A stretch of DNA of 48,272 nucleotides from an uncultured Rhodobacter sp. (GTDB lineage Bacteria > Pseudomonadota > Alphaproteobacteria > Rhodobacterales > Rhodobacteraceae): NCBI GenBank assembly GCA_964466385.1, contig CAYXNM010000001.1, forward strand, positions 1-48,272, written 5' to 3'. The notes beneath the pieces are model-generated. The model was not told where the DNA came from, ran no database searches, and saw only the letters and a program-made list of their open reading frames with translations. How positions within the stretch are numbered: the stretch's first letter is position 1; each line of letters opens with the position of its first letter. Below are positions 18,023-26,725 of this stretch, piece by piece. The position numbers were made by a program, and so were the translations under genes.

Positions 18023-19360
18023 TTGGAACTGATCGGATCCATTCCGCTGTTCGGCGGATTTCTTTCGACCATCATCGCGTTCGTCGCGGTTTTGAGCGTG
18101 ATCATCTTCATCCACGAATTCGGCCATTATATCGTCGGACGCTGGAGCGGCATCCACGCCGAGGTCTTCTCGATGGGGATCGGTCCGGTGGTGAAATCCT
18201 GGCACGACAAACGGGGCACCCGCTGGCAAGTGGCGGCCCTGCCGTTTGGCGGATATGTCAAGTTTCTGGGGGACGCAGATGCGTCAAGCCGCAACGATCC
18301 CGACGCGCTGGCCAAGATGTCGCCGGAAACGCGCGCACGTTCCTTTCACGGGGCGAAACTTTACAAAAAGGCCCTGACCGTGTCCGCCGGTCCTGCGGCG
18401 AATTTCATTCTGTCGTCGGTCATCTTTGCGGGTGTTGTCCTCTTTTCGGGGCTGGCAACGGTCGAACCGACTGTGGGCGCGCTCAAACCCCTGCCGGACA
18501 CGAACTACGGGGTTGAGGCGGGCGACGTCATCCTCAGTGTCAATGGTCGGGAAACCCCTGATTATGCTGCGCTTTACGACTATGCGCGGGCGGACGGGGT
18601 GATCTCGGCGCGCCAAATCTATCATGTGAAACGCGGTGAAAAGACGCTGGACGCTGAAGGTCCGTTTCCGCTGTTACCGCTTATCGAAGCTGTGCAACCG
18701 CAATCAGCGGCGATGAAAGCCGGGTTGAAAACCGGCGATCTGATCCTTGGGATCGACGGGCAGGAAATAACGGCATTCAGCGAATTGCAGGCCATTGTTT
18801 CTGCCTCCGAAGGGCGCGAGTTGACGGTATTGTATTGGCGGGACGGGGCTGTTGATTCGCTAAAACTGGCCGCAAAAGTCGTCGACATGCCCAACCCGGA
18901 AGGCGGGTTTGAAAAGCGCGTGCTGATCGGGATTACCGGCAGTTTGTTTTTTGAGCCGAAAACCGAAATGCCGGGTTTGCTGGAGGCTGCCGGCATGGGT
19001 GTCGCGCAGACCGGGCGGATCATATCGGGTTCGCTGGAGGGACTCTATTACATGATTGCCGGGAAAATCAGCGCCTGCAATCTGCAAGGGCCGGTCGGCA
19101 TTGCGAAAACCTCGGGCGATGCCGCGTCGCAGGGATTGGCCAGCTTTGTCTGGTTCATCGCCGTATTGTCGACCGCCATCGGGATGCTCAACCTGTTTCC
19201 GATCCCCGTTCTTGACGGCGGACATCTGGTTTTCTTCGCCTTTGAGGCCGTGGCAAAGCGCCCGCCGAGCGACCGGGCCATGAATATCCTGATGTCGGCG
19301 GGATTGTTCCTGATCATCTCGCTGATGGTGTTCGCTCTGGCGAACGATTTCTTTTGCTGA
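18023..19360 (+). CDS. rseP: RIP zinc metalloprotease RseP
   Basis: It has the HEFGHY (HExxH) motif in TM1, central PDZ-like regions and a NLFPIPVLDGGH motif. TTG start. Confidence 0.9.
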   Translation: MELIGSIPLFGGFLSTIIAFVAVLSVIIFIHEFGHYIVGRWSGIHAEVFSMGIGPVVKSWHDKRGTRWQVAALPFGGYVKFLGDADASSRNDPDALAKMSPETRARSFHGAKLYKKALTVSAGPAANFILSSVIFAGVVLFSGLATVEPTVGALKPLPDTNYGVEAGDVILSVNGRETPDYAALYDYARADGVISARQIYHVKRGEKTLDAEGPFPLLPLIEAVQPQSAAMKAGLKTGDLILGIDGQEITAFSELQAIVSASEGRELTVLYWRDGAVDSLKLAAKVVDMPNPEGGFEKRVLIGITGSLFFEPKTEMPGLLEAAGMGVAQTGRIISGSLEGLYYMIAGKISACNLQGPVGIAKTSGDAASQGLASFVWFIAVLSTAIGMLNLFPIPVLDGGHLVFFAFEAVAKRPPSDRAMNILMSAGLFLIISLMVFALANDFFC

Positions 19361-19429
19361 ATCGTCATACTGTTGCCGCATTCTTTGCTATCATGAGATG
19401 CAAGAAAAACGAAGACGAGGCGGTAGATC

Positions 19430-19612
19430 ATGGAACAGGCAGCAACAGGATATAAGGGGCTCTGGCTTCTTCTGGATGTGAACAATGACAGATTGCTAGC
19501 GCTCTTGATCATCGCGATTGCGTTGGCAGCGGTCGGTCTGGTGGGCGTCGAATACGTCAGCTCGGTGATCGTCAACGATGCCCCGGTCGTCTTGGGGGGC
19601 ACGGTCCTCTGA
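19430..19612 (+). CDS. Candidate small (60 aa) single-pass membrane protein, unverified
   Basis: An ATG is preceded by GAGGCGG 7 nt upstream, and there is a hydrophobic core (LLALLIIAIALAAVGLVGV). GC3 rises in the second half of the ORF. An imperfect stem-loop (TGTTCAGG/CCTGAAACA, 19618-19649) and a G/T-rich tract follow the stop. I recognise no homolog. Confidence 0.3.
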   Translation: MEQAATGYKGLWLLLDVNNDRLLALLIIAIALAAVGLVGVEYVSSVIVNDAPVVLGGTVL

Positions 19613-19820
19613 CAAAGTGTTCAGGCCGCCGCCCCTAGTCCCTGAAACAGGTGGTTGGTTCGTTGCATCTCTGTGACTCATTTAGGTCTCCGGTCAATAA
19701 CCGGGGCCTTTTGGCGTTTGTCGTTTTGACATGCTTTGCAAATCCCATTATCCACGTGTGAAAGAGCCTGAAAAGAATCAATAATTCAGGCCGTTGCTAC
19801 GAGCGGTGGGAAAGTTGCTG

Positions 19821-22166
19821 ATGAAGAATGACCGGGGGACGATCAGGGTGGCCCGTGCGATCCTGATATTTGTTTTTGTGAGCGCCGTCACGATGATTTC
19901 GGGATGGCACGCAATGGCGCAGGCGCAAACGACGGGTGGCACAAGTTTTGCCCAGGTCGTCGTGACCGGCAATCAGAGGATCGAGACGGCGACGATCCGG
20001 AACTTTGCCGCGATCAAACCGGGGACGGCGGTCACGCCCGGCCAGATCAATGCCGCCTATCAGCGGTTGCTGGCCACGGGTCTTTTCGAGAGCGTGACCA
20101 TTACTCCCCGGGGCGGCCGTCTTGTCATCGCCGTTCAGGAATTCCCGACGATCAACCGGATCAATTTCGAACGCAACAAACGCATCAAGGACGACAAGCT
20201 GGCGGCGCTGATCACCTCGCAGCCGCGGCACACCTACAGCCCCGCGCAGGCCGAGGCAGACGTGGAAATCATTCTGGAGGCTTACCGTCAGTCCGGACGC
20301 GAGGCCGCCGAGGTCAAGCCCAAGATCATCCGCCGCGCTGACAATCGCGTCGATCTGGTCTTTGAGATATTCGAAGGCAAGGTCGTTGAAATTCAACGCC
20401 TGAGTTTCATCGGCAACCGCAGTTTCTCGGACAGACGGCTGCGGCGCGTATTGTCGACGAAACAGGCGGGAATATTCCGCCGTTTCGTGAAAAGCGACAC
20501 TTTCGTGGCCGATCGGCTGGAATTCGACAAGCAGATCCTGAGGGATTTCTATCTTTCACGTGGTTACATAGATTTCGAAGTGGTTTCCGCCACCGCCGAG
20601 ATCCTGCGTGAGCGAAACGGTTTTTTCGTTTCCTTCAAGGTGCGCGAAGGGCAGTCCTATGATTTTGGTCAGATCACCACAACGAGCGATCTTGCGGAAA
20701 TCGATCCTGCGGAATTTCAGAACATCGTGCGGATCAAGTCCGGTGTCGGTTATTCCCCGGCGCATGTGGAAACGACTCTTGCACGAATGGAAGAGTTGGC
20801 GACGCGCAAGGGTCTGAACTTCATTCGCGTCACACCGCGGGTCACAAGGAACGACCGGGCACGCACGCTGGATTTCGAATTCGTGATCGAGCGCGGACCG
20901 CGCATCTTTGTGGAGCGCATCGATATCGAAGGAAACACCGAAACGCTTGATCGGGTGATCCGGCGGCAATTCGACACCGTCGAAGGTGACCCGTTCAACC
21001 CAAGGCAAATCCGCGTCGCCGCCGAACGCATCCGCGCGCTGGGATTTTTCGCGGCGTCCGAGGTGACGACACGCGAAGGCGCGGGCCCGGACCGGGTCAT
21101 TGTGGACGTGAACGTGAAAGAGCAACCGACCGGCAGCCTCAATTTCGGCGTGTCCTATGGGGCGGGCAGCGGTTTTGGTGCCAGCGTCAGCCTGTCAGAG
21201 AGCAACTTTCTGGGACGTGGCCAGTTTGTGAAAGCCGATCTTGGGGGCGGGATCTCGGACCAGAACCTGACTCTCAGTTTTGCCGAACCGATGTTTCTCG
21301 ACCGCAACCTGCGGTTCAGCTTTGACGCGTTTCGCAAAACGACCACCCAGCAGAACGCCGAATACGACACCGGTAATCTGGGGCTGGAAACCGGTTTGAC
21401 GTTCCCGGTCAGTGAAAACGGCAAGTTGTCCCTGAAATACCGCCGTAGTGCGGATTCCATTGCCAACGTCGATCCCGGCGGGACAGGATCGTCCGTGCTG
21501 ATCGCGGCCAGCACCAATCAGGTGAATTCCATGGGGTTCACCTATGCCTTTGACAATCGCGCGAGCGGGCTCAACCCGCGGGCGGGGACGATTTTCCGTG
21601 TTTCGCAGGATTTTGCGGGTCTCGGCGGATCGACGACCTATTCAAAAACGACCGCATTGGTGGGCGCGCGCACCACGATGTTCAACGGGCAGGTTTCGCT
21701 CAGCGCCGAACTGGAAGGTGGCGTGCTGATCGACGGCAGCGGCACGAGCAAACTGACGGACCGCTTTTTCCTGAACAACAGCATCTTTCGCGGATACAAG
21801 ATCAACGGAATGGGACCACGCGATCTCATTGCGACAAACAAGGATGCCCTGGGCGGAAACACCTTTGCGGTTGCGCGGCTCGAGGCGAACTTTCCCCTCG
21901 GCCTGCCCGAGGAATACGGCATATCCGGTGGCCTGTTTCTGGACATCGGTTCCTTGTGGGGGCTTGATAACCGGGATGGTGGGCTGACGGCTGCCGATGG
22001 TCTGGATCTGGTGGACGACAGCATGATCCCGCGCAGCGTGCTTGGGTTTTCGCTTTTTTGGGACACGGCGATCGGACCGCTGCGGTTCAACTTTTCGACC
22101 GTCCTCAGCGGCCCGTCTTATGATGAAACCGAAAACCTCAACCTGACCGTGGGCGCGCGGTTCTAG
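19821..22166 (+). CDS. bamA: Outer membrane protein assembly factor BamA
   Basis: It has a signal peptide ending AMAQAQ, POTRA repeats and a C-terminal beta-barrel ending in ...TVGARF. I prefer the ATG at 19821 (GGTGGGAAAG upstream) over the listed TTG at 19794. Confidence 0.95.
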   Translation: MKNDRGTIRVARAILIFVFVSAVTMISGWHAMAQAQTTGGTSFAQVVVTGNQRIETATIRNFAAIKPGTAVTPGQINAAYQRLLATGLFESVTITPRGGRLVIAVQEFPTINRINFERNKRIKDDKLAALITSQPRHTYSPAQAEADVEIILEAYRQSGREAAEVKPKIIRRADNRVDLVFEIFEGKVVEIQRLSFIGNRSFSDRRLRRVLSTKQAGIFRRFVKSDTFVADRLEFDKQILRDFYLSRGYIDFEVVSATAEILRERNGFFVSFKVREGQSYDFGQITTTSDLAEIDPAEFQNIVRIKSGVGYSPAHVETTLARMEELATRKGLNFIRVTPRVTRNDRARTLDFEFVIERGPRIFVERIDIEGNTETLDRVIRRQFDTVEGDPFNPRQIRVAAERIRALGFFAASEVTTREGAGPDRVIVDVNVKEQPTGSLNFGVSYGAGSGFGASVSLSESNFLGRGQFVKADLGGGISDQNLTLSFAEPMFLDRNLRFSFDAFRKTTTQQNAEYDTGNLGLETGLTFPVSENGKLSLKYRRSADSIANVDPGGTGSSVLIAASTNQVNSMGFTYAFDNRASGLNPRAGTIFRVSQDFAGLGGSTTYSKTTALVGARTTMFNGQVSLSAELEGGVLIDGSGTSKLTDRFFLNNSIFRGYKINGMGPRDLIATNKDALGGNTFAVARLEANFPLGLPEEYGISGGLFLDIGSLWGLDNRDGGLTAADGLDLVDDSMIPRSVLGFSLFWDTAIGPLRFNFSTVLSGPSYDETENLNLTVGARF

Positions 22167-22730
22167 ATGAGGCCGGTGCGCTCAGGCCGCGCGGTTTCCC
22201 ATCTTTTCCTTGCGGCTGCGCTGGTATTCCTGACCTCTGTGCCGTCGCTGGCGCAGAACCTGTCGGGCGGGGTTTTCACGCTCAACCAGGATCGCTTGTT
22301 TACCCAATCGCTGTTCGGTCAGCGTGTCCAAAGTGAGGTCAAGCTGCGAACGGCGGCCATTGCGAAGGAAAACCGCCGGATGGAGGCCGAACTCAAGGCC
22401 GAGGAACTGGCCCTGACCGAAAAACGTCCCGATCTGGAACCGGCGGAGTTCCGGAAACTGGCCGATGAATTCGATGCCAAGGTCGAAAGCATCCGCACCG
22501 GGCAGGCGCAAAAATCGGCCGATTTCAACAATTGGGCTGCGAACCAGCGAAAGGAATTCTTTGACGCCGCCTTTCCGGAGCTTCTGAAACTGGCCGAGGA
22601 AATCAGCGCGGTCGCCATTCTCGATCAGCGTTCGGTCATTATCTCATCCGATCGGATTGACATCACCGACCGCGCGATCAAGCAAATCGACGCGGTGATT
22701 GGCGACGGCAGCGCGCCCTCGGAACAATGA
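22167..22730 (+). CDS. OmpH/Skp family periplasmic chaperone
   Basis: 187 aa with a signal peptide and a Lys/Glu/Ala-rich coiled region. It starts immediately after the bamA stop, which is the canonical position. Confidence 0.8.
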   Translation: MRPVRSGRAVSHLFLAAALVFLTSVPSLAQNLSGGVFTLNQDRLFTQSLFGQRVQSEVKLRTAAIAKENRRMEAELKAEELALTEKRPDLEPAEFRKLADEFDAKVESIRTGQAQKSADFNNWAANQRKEFFDAAFPELLKLAEEISAVAILDQRSVIISSDRIDITDRAIKQIDAVIGDGSAPSEQ

Positions 22731-22806
22731 GCGGTCGCGCGCTTGTCAGTCTCAGCCCTGCTTGATAGGGAACGGGGATAGTTTTCACATCTAAAAGGTC
22801 GCCAAA

Positions 22807-23283
22807 ATGAACGAAGAGACACCCCAGGAACTTGTTTCAGTGGACCTTGAAACAATTCAAAGGATGATCCCGCATCGGTATCCCTTTTTGTTTATCGACA
22901 AGGTTCGCGACCTGCGTGTTGGGAAAAGTGCTGTCGGGATCAAGAACGTGACCATCAACGAGCCGCATTTTCAGGGGCATTTCCCGAATAAGCCCATCAT
23001 GCCGGGCGTGATGATTGTCGAGGCCATGGCCCAGACCGCGGCGGTTCTGATTTCACAGACGCTGAACCTGATCGACCGGGATCCGCTGGTCTATTTCATG
23101 ACGATGGACAAATTCCGCTTTCGCCGCATGGTCGTTCCGGGCGATCAGCTTGAACTTCATGTCACGGTCATCCGTGGCCGGGGGCGTATCTGGAAGCTTT
23201 GGGGCGAAGGCATGGTGGACGGACAAACCGCCTCGGAGGGCGAGTTTTCCGCGATGATCGACGTTCCCAGGGAAACGGCCTGA
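22807..23283 (+). CDS. fabZ: 3-hydroxyacyl-ACP dehydratase FabZ
   Basis: Motifs PHRYPFLFIDKV and HFQGHFPNKPIMPGV are present. Confidence 0.95.
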   Translation: MNEETPQELVSVDLETIQRMIPHRYPFLFIDKVRDLRVGKSAVGIKNVTINEPHFQGHFPNKPIMPGVMIVEAMAQTAAVLISQTLNLIDRDPLVYFMTMDKFRFRRMVVPGDQLELHVTVIRGRGRIWKLWGEGMVDGQTASEGEFSAMIDVPRETA

Positions 23284-23288
23284 AGACC

Positions 23289-24092
23289 ATGACCCGAACG
23301 GACGCAAATCCATCCATCCATCCAAGCGCGATCATTGACGCAGGTGCTGAAATCGGACCGGGGTGCCGGATCGGGGCCTATTCGGTCGTCGGACCCAAGG
23401 TCAGGCTGGCTGCGAATGTCACGCTGGACAATCATGTCTCGATTGCGGGGGACACCGCGATTGGCGAGGGCACGCGGATCTGGCCGTTTGCGTCGATTGG
23501 CAGCGAACCGCAGGATCTGAAATTCGGGGGCGAAGCCTCCAGCGTGGTCATCGGCCGAAACAACATGATCCGCGAATACGCCACCGTCAATCCCGGCACG
23601 GATGGGGGCGGGGGCGTCACCCGCGTCGGTGACGACAATCTGATCATGATGTACGTGCACGTTGCCCATGATTGCCAGATAGGCAGCGGGATCGTTCTTG
23701 CCAATGCGGTGCAGATCGCGGGCCATGTCGCGATTGGCGACAACGCGGTTCTGGGCGGCCAATCCGGCGTGCACCAGTATTGCCGGATCGGTTCCGGGGC
23801 GATGATCGGTGCGGGGGCGGTCGTTGTGAACGACGTTATCCCCTATGGTTCGGTCATTTCCCCGCGTGGCGAACTGGGGGGCCTCAACCTGATCGGGCTG
23901 AAACGGCGCGGTGCGGACAAGGCCGAGATGAACGGGCTGCGTGCGGCTTACAAGACGCTCTTCGCCGGTGACGGTTCCTTGCTGGCGCGCGCACGCCAGA
24001 TGGCCGGTGACGATCCCGACAACCCTCTGGTTCAGGACGTGTTGGCATTTGTCCTTGCGAATTCCGACCGATCCTTCTGCACGCCGTCCTGA
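23289..24092 (+). CDS. lpxA: Acyl-ACP--UDP-GlcNAc O-acyltransferase LpxA
   Basis: The start is the ATG at 23289 (MTRTDANPSIHPSAIID), not the listed 23199. Hexapeptide repeats run throughout, and a GLNLIGLKRRG block is present. Confidence 0.95.
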   Translation: MTRTDANPSIHPSAIIDAGAEIGPGCRIGAYSVVGPKVRLAANVTLDNHVSIAGDTAIGEGTRIWPFASIGSEPQDLKFGGEASSVVIGRNNMIREYATVNPGTDGGGGVTRVGDDNLIMMYVHVAHDCQIGSGIVLANAVQIAGHVAIGDNAVLGGQSGVHQYCRIGSGAMIGAGAVVVNDVIPYGSVISPRGELGGLNLIGLKRRGADKAEMNGLRAAYKTLFAGDGSLLARARQMAGDDPDNPLVQDVLAFVLANSDRSFCTPS

Positions 24093-24098
24093 ATTCCC

Positions 24099-24938
24099 AT
24101 GGGCGCGCTCCCTCATACCGGTTTGGCCATTATCGCGGGCGATGGCGATCTGCCGCGATTGCTGGCGGAAAATGGCGGGATTGCAAAGTCCGACCTCCTG
24201 ATCGTGAATTTTGCGACGCAAACGCCTGCGTGGATGGGGGCCTTTTCCGTTCTTGATGCCAGCATTTTCAGGCTTGGCCACATGTTCGACGGCATGCGCG
24301 CGCATGGCTGCGGGACGGTCGTTTTTGCCGGCAAGGTCGCGCGCCCCGCGATCGACCCGGCCCGGTTTGATGAAAAGACCCGCGAAATCGCACCGAGGCT
24401 GCTGCCAGCCCTTAACCGGGGCGACGACACGACCCTGCGCGCGATTGCCGGCATTTTCGAAAGCGAAGGCTTTCGGGTGAGCGCGCCCCACAGTCTGATG
24501 CCCGAATTGCTGGCCCCCGGGGGCCTGTTGACATCGGCAGAACCGCGCGATCAGGACCAAACCGATATCCGACGCGCCGAACAGATCGTGGCCGCCCTTG
24601 GCGCGGTCGATGTGGGGCAGGGGGCGGTGGTGGCGCGCGGATTGTGTCTGGGCGTGGAGAGCATTCAGGGGACCGATCGGATGCTGGAATGTGTCGCCAA
24701 GGCGCAGGCGCGCGATATCCCGCGCTGTGGTGTGCTTTTCAAATCGGCCAAACCCGGTCAGGACCGGCGCATGGACATGCCCGCGATTGGCGCGAGGACC
24801 GTCGAACTTGCCGCAAAGGCGGGGCTTGCCGGCATTGCGCTTGGCGCAGGGGCTGCTTTGATCCTTGAGCGTCCGAAAGTTGTTGAAACCGCTGACGCGC
24901 ATGGCCTCTTTGTCATCGGAATCCAGCAAGGTGGCTGA
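24099..24938 (+). CDS. lpxI: UDP-2,3-diacylglucosamine pyrophosphatase LpxI (DUF1009 family)
   Basis: 279 aa located between lpxA and lpxB, as in alphaproteobacteria that lack lpxH. Blocks GLAIIAGDGDLP, VDVGQGAVV and DMPAIG are present. Confidence 0.8.
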   Translation: MGALPHTGLAIIAGDGDLPRLLAENGGIAKSDLLIVNFATQTPAWMGAFSVLDASIFRLGHMFDGMRAHGCGTVVFAGKVARPAIDPARFDEKTREIAPRLLPALNRGDDTTLRAIAGIFESEGFRVSAPHSLMPELLAPGGLLTSAEPRDQDQTDIRRAEQIVAALGAVDVGQGAVVARGLCLGVESIQGTDRMLECVAKAQARDIPRCGVLFKSAKPGQDRRMDMPAIGARTVELAAKAGLAGIALGAGAALILERPKVVETADAHGLFVIGIQQGG

Positions 24939-26121
24939 GGGGCGCCACTTTTTCCTGATCGCGGGCGAACCCTCGGGGGACAAACTGGGCGCACAGTTGA
25001 TGGCGGGGTTGAAGGAGCTTCATCCGGACGTCCGTTTCAGCGGGATCGGGGGGCCGTTGATGGAAGGCCAGGGTCTGACGAGTGATTTTCCCATGGGCGA
25101 ATTGTCCGTCATGGGCGTTCTGGAAATCTTGCCGCGATTGCCAAAGTTATTGCGCCGTGTTCGGGCGACAATCGACCGGGTCGCGCAGATTTCACCGGAT
25201 GCACTGATCACGATCGACAGCCCGGATTTCTGCCTGCGCGTCGCCAAAGGCGTGCGAAACAAGGCCCCCGGCATTGGAACGGTTCACTACGTGGCGCCAA
25301 CGGTCTGGGCCTGGCGCCCCGGTCGCGCGGCGAAAATGGCGCGTTTCGTGGACCATGTTCTGGCGCTCTTTCCCTTTGAGCCACCCTACATGGAAGCCCA
25401 TGGCATGACCTGCGATTTCGTCGGCCATCCGGTCGCGCGCGAGGTGACCCCGAGCGCATCCGAATGCGCGGCGTTTCGCGCGGAAATCGGGGTCGCCCCG
25501 GACCAGAGGCTGCTGTTGGTTCTTCCCGGATCGCGGTAGGGCGAAGTCACCCGGATGGAACCGGTATTCGCCCAAACCGTGGCGCGAACGCTGAAAACCC
25601 ATCCCAAGACCGCCGTTATCGTGCCAACGACAGCGAATGTTGCCGATCAGGTGAAGGCGGCCCTTGGCACGTGGCCCGCGGGCGCTCTGCTCCTTGACCC
25701 GCGCCATATGCCGCCCGATCAGGCCGAGACGCGAAAACGACTGGCCTTTGGCGCAGCCGATCTGGCGCTGGCCGCCTCGGGAACCGTTTCGCTTGAACTG
25801 GCGCGCGCGCGTACGCCCATGATCATCGCTTATCGGTTCAATTGGCTGACGACGCGGATCGTCAAGAAAAAGGTCAATCTGAAATCCGCAACGCTGGTCA
25901 ATATTCTGACAGAGACCAACACCGTGCCCGAATTTCTGTTTGAGGAATGCACTGCCGACAATATCGCGCCGCTTCTGGCGCGTTCTCTGGATGATCCGGA
26001 CATCGGCAAACGCCAGATTAGAGCGATGGAGGTCGCGATCAGGAAGCTGTCTGCACCCGGTGGTCCGCCGGGCACGCAGGCCGCGCGGTCCGTCCTTGAT
26101 TTTGTCAATCGCAACCCTTGA
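24901..26121 (+). pseudogene. lpxB: Lipid-A-disaccharide synthase LpxB interrupted by one in-frame TAG (25537-25539)
   Basis: The two listed ORFs (24865..25539 and 25555..26121) are in the same frame. Together they read ...FFLIAGEPSGDKLGA...VLPGSR*GEVTRMEPVF... The N-terminus could be the ATG at 24901 or the GTG at 24931. Both halves look like intact LpxB (GT19). Confidence 0.8.
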
Positions 26122-26162
26122 ACCCGCCGAAGCGGAAAGGGCGTGACGGTGAAGGCAGGATG

Positions 26163-26633
26163 TCAGGCGGCGAAATGAGCGACGATGGCGCCGGTTTTTT
26201 CGATCAACACCTGCGGTTTGATCTGAAACATGTGATGCGGCGTTCCCGCCGCCGCCCAGATCAGTGCAAAATCCGTCAGTCGACTGTCCAGAAATGTTCG
26301 CAGGGGTTTAATGTGCCCAAAAGGCGAAACGCCGCCAATGGCGAACCCTGTTTGCGCGCGGATGAAGCGCGCATCGGCCTTGCCCAAGGGTTCGCCCGTC
26401 AGTTCACGCGCGCGCGCCAGATCGACCCGGTTCCCGCCCGCGGTCAGAAAAAGAACGGCGTTTCCACTGGTCGACCCGGCGAAAATGACCGATTTCGCGA
26501 TTTGATCGGGCTGGCAGGAGACGGCGTTCGCGGCCTCCAGCGCGGTTGTTGTGGGGGTCCTCAGGTGCAGGATTTCCAAATCAAGCGCCAACTCGGCCAA
26601 CTGGCGCTTTACGCGTTCAAGACTCTTGCTCAT
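26163..26633 (-). CDS. YbaK/EbsC/ProX-type aminoacyl-tRNA editing domain protein
   Basis: 156 aa. The patterns IAKSVIFAG..., AIGGVSPFGH and AAAGTPHHMF are typical of the YbaK-like deacylase fold. Confidence 0.75.
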   Translation of the reverse strand: MSKSLERVKRQLAELALDLEILHLRTPTTTALEAANAVSCQPDQIAKSVIFAGSTSGNAVLFLTAGGNRVDLARARELTGEPLGKADARFIRAQTGFAIGGVSPFGHIKPLRTFLDSRLTDFALIWAAAGTPHHMFQIKPQVLIEKTGAIVAHFAA

Positions 26634-26725
26634 CCGACCCTCCGAACCATGGTCGGTTTATCCTTTTCTCGCCGACCCATGGCAACCCCTGTTGACGCGC
26701 GCGCGCGTCCATTTCATCCTGTGGC

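Noticed and set aside
23157-24983. A 608-aa ORF on the minus strand spanning lpxA and lpxI. Similar long antisense ORFs lie at 26714..28576 (620 aa, opposite glnE), 1098..2414 (opposite ccmF), 10345..11661 (opposite the binding protein), 34296..35786 (opposite surA), 17089..18111 (opposite dxr), 15998..16861 (opposite cdsA) and 8242..9171 (opposite the permeases).
   Set aside because: These are typical shadow ORFs of a GC-rich genome. They are Arg/Gly/Pro/His-rich and low in complexity, have no recognisable motifs, and each lies exactly antisense to a gene with strong family signatures.
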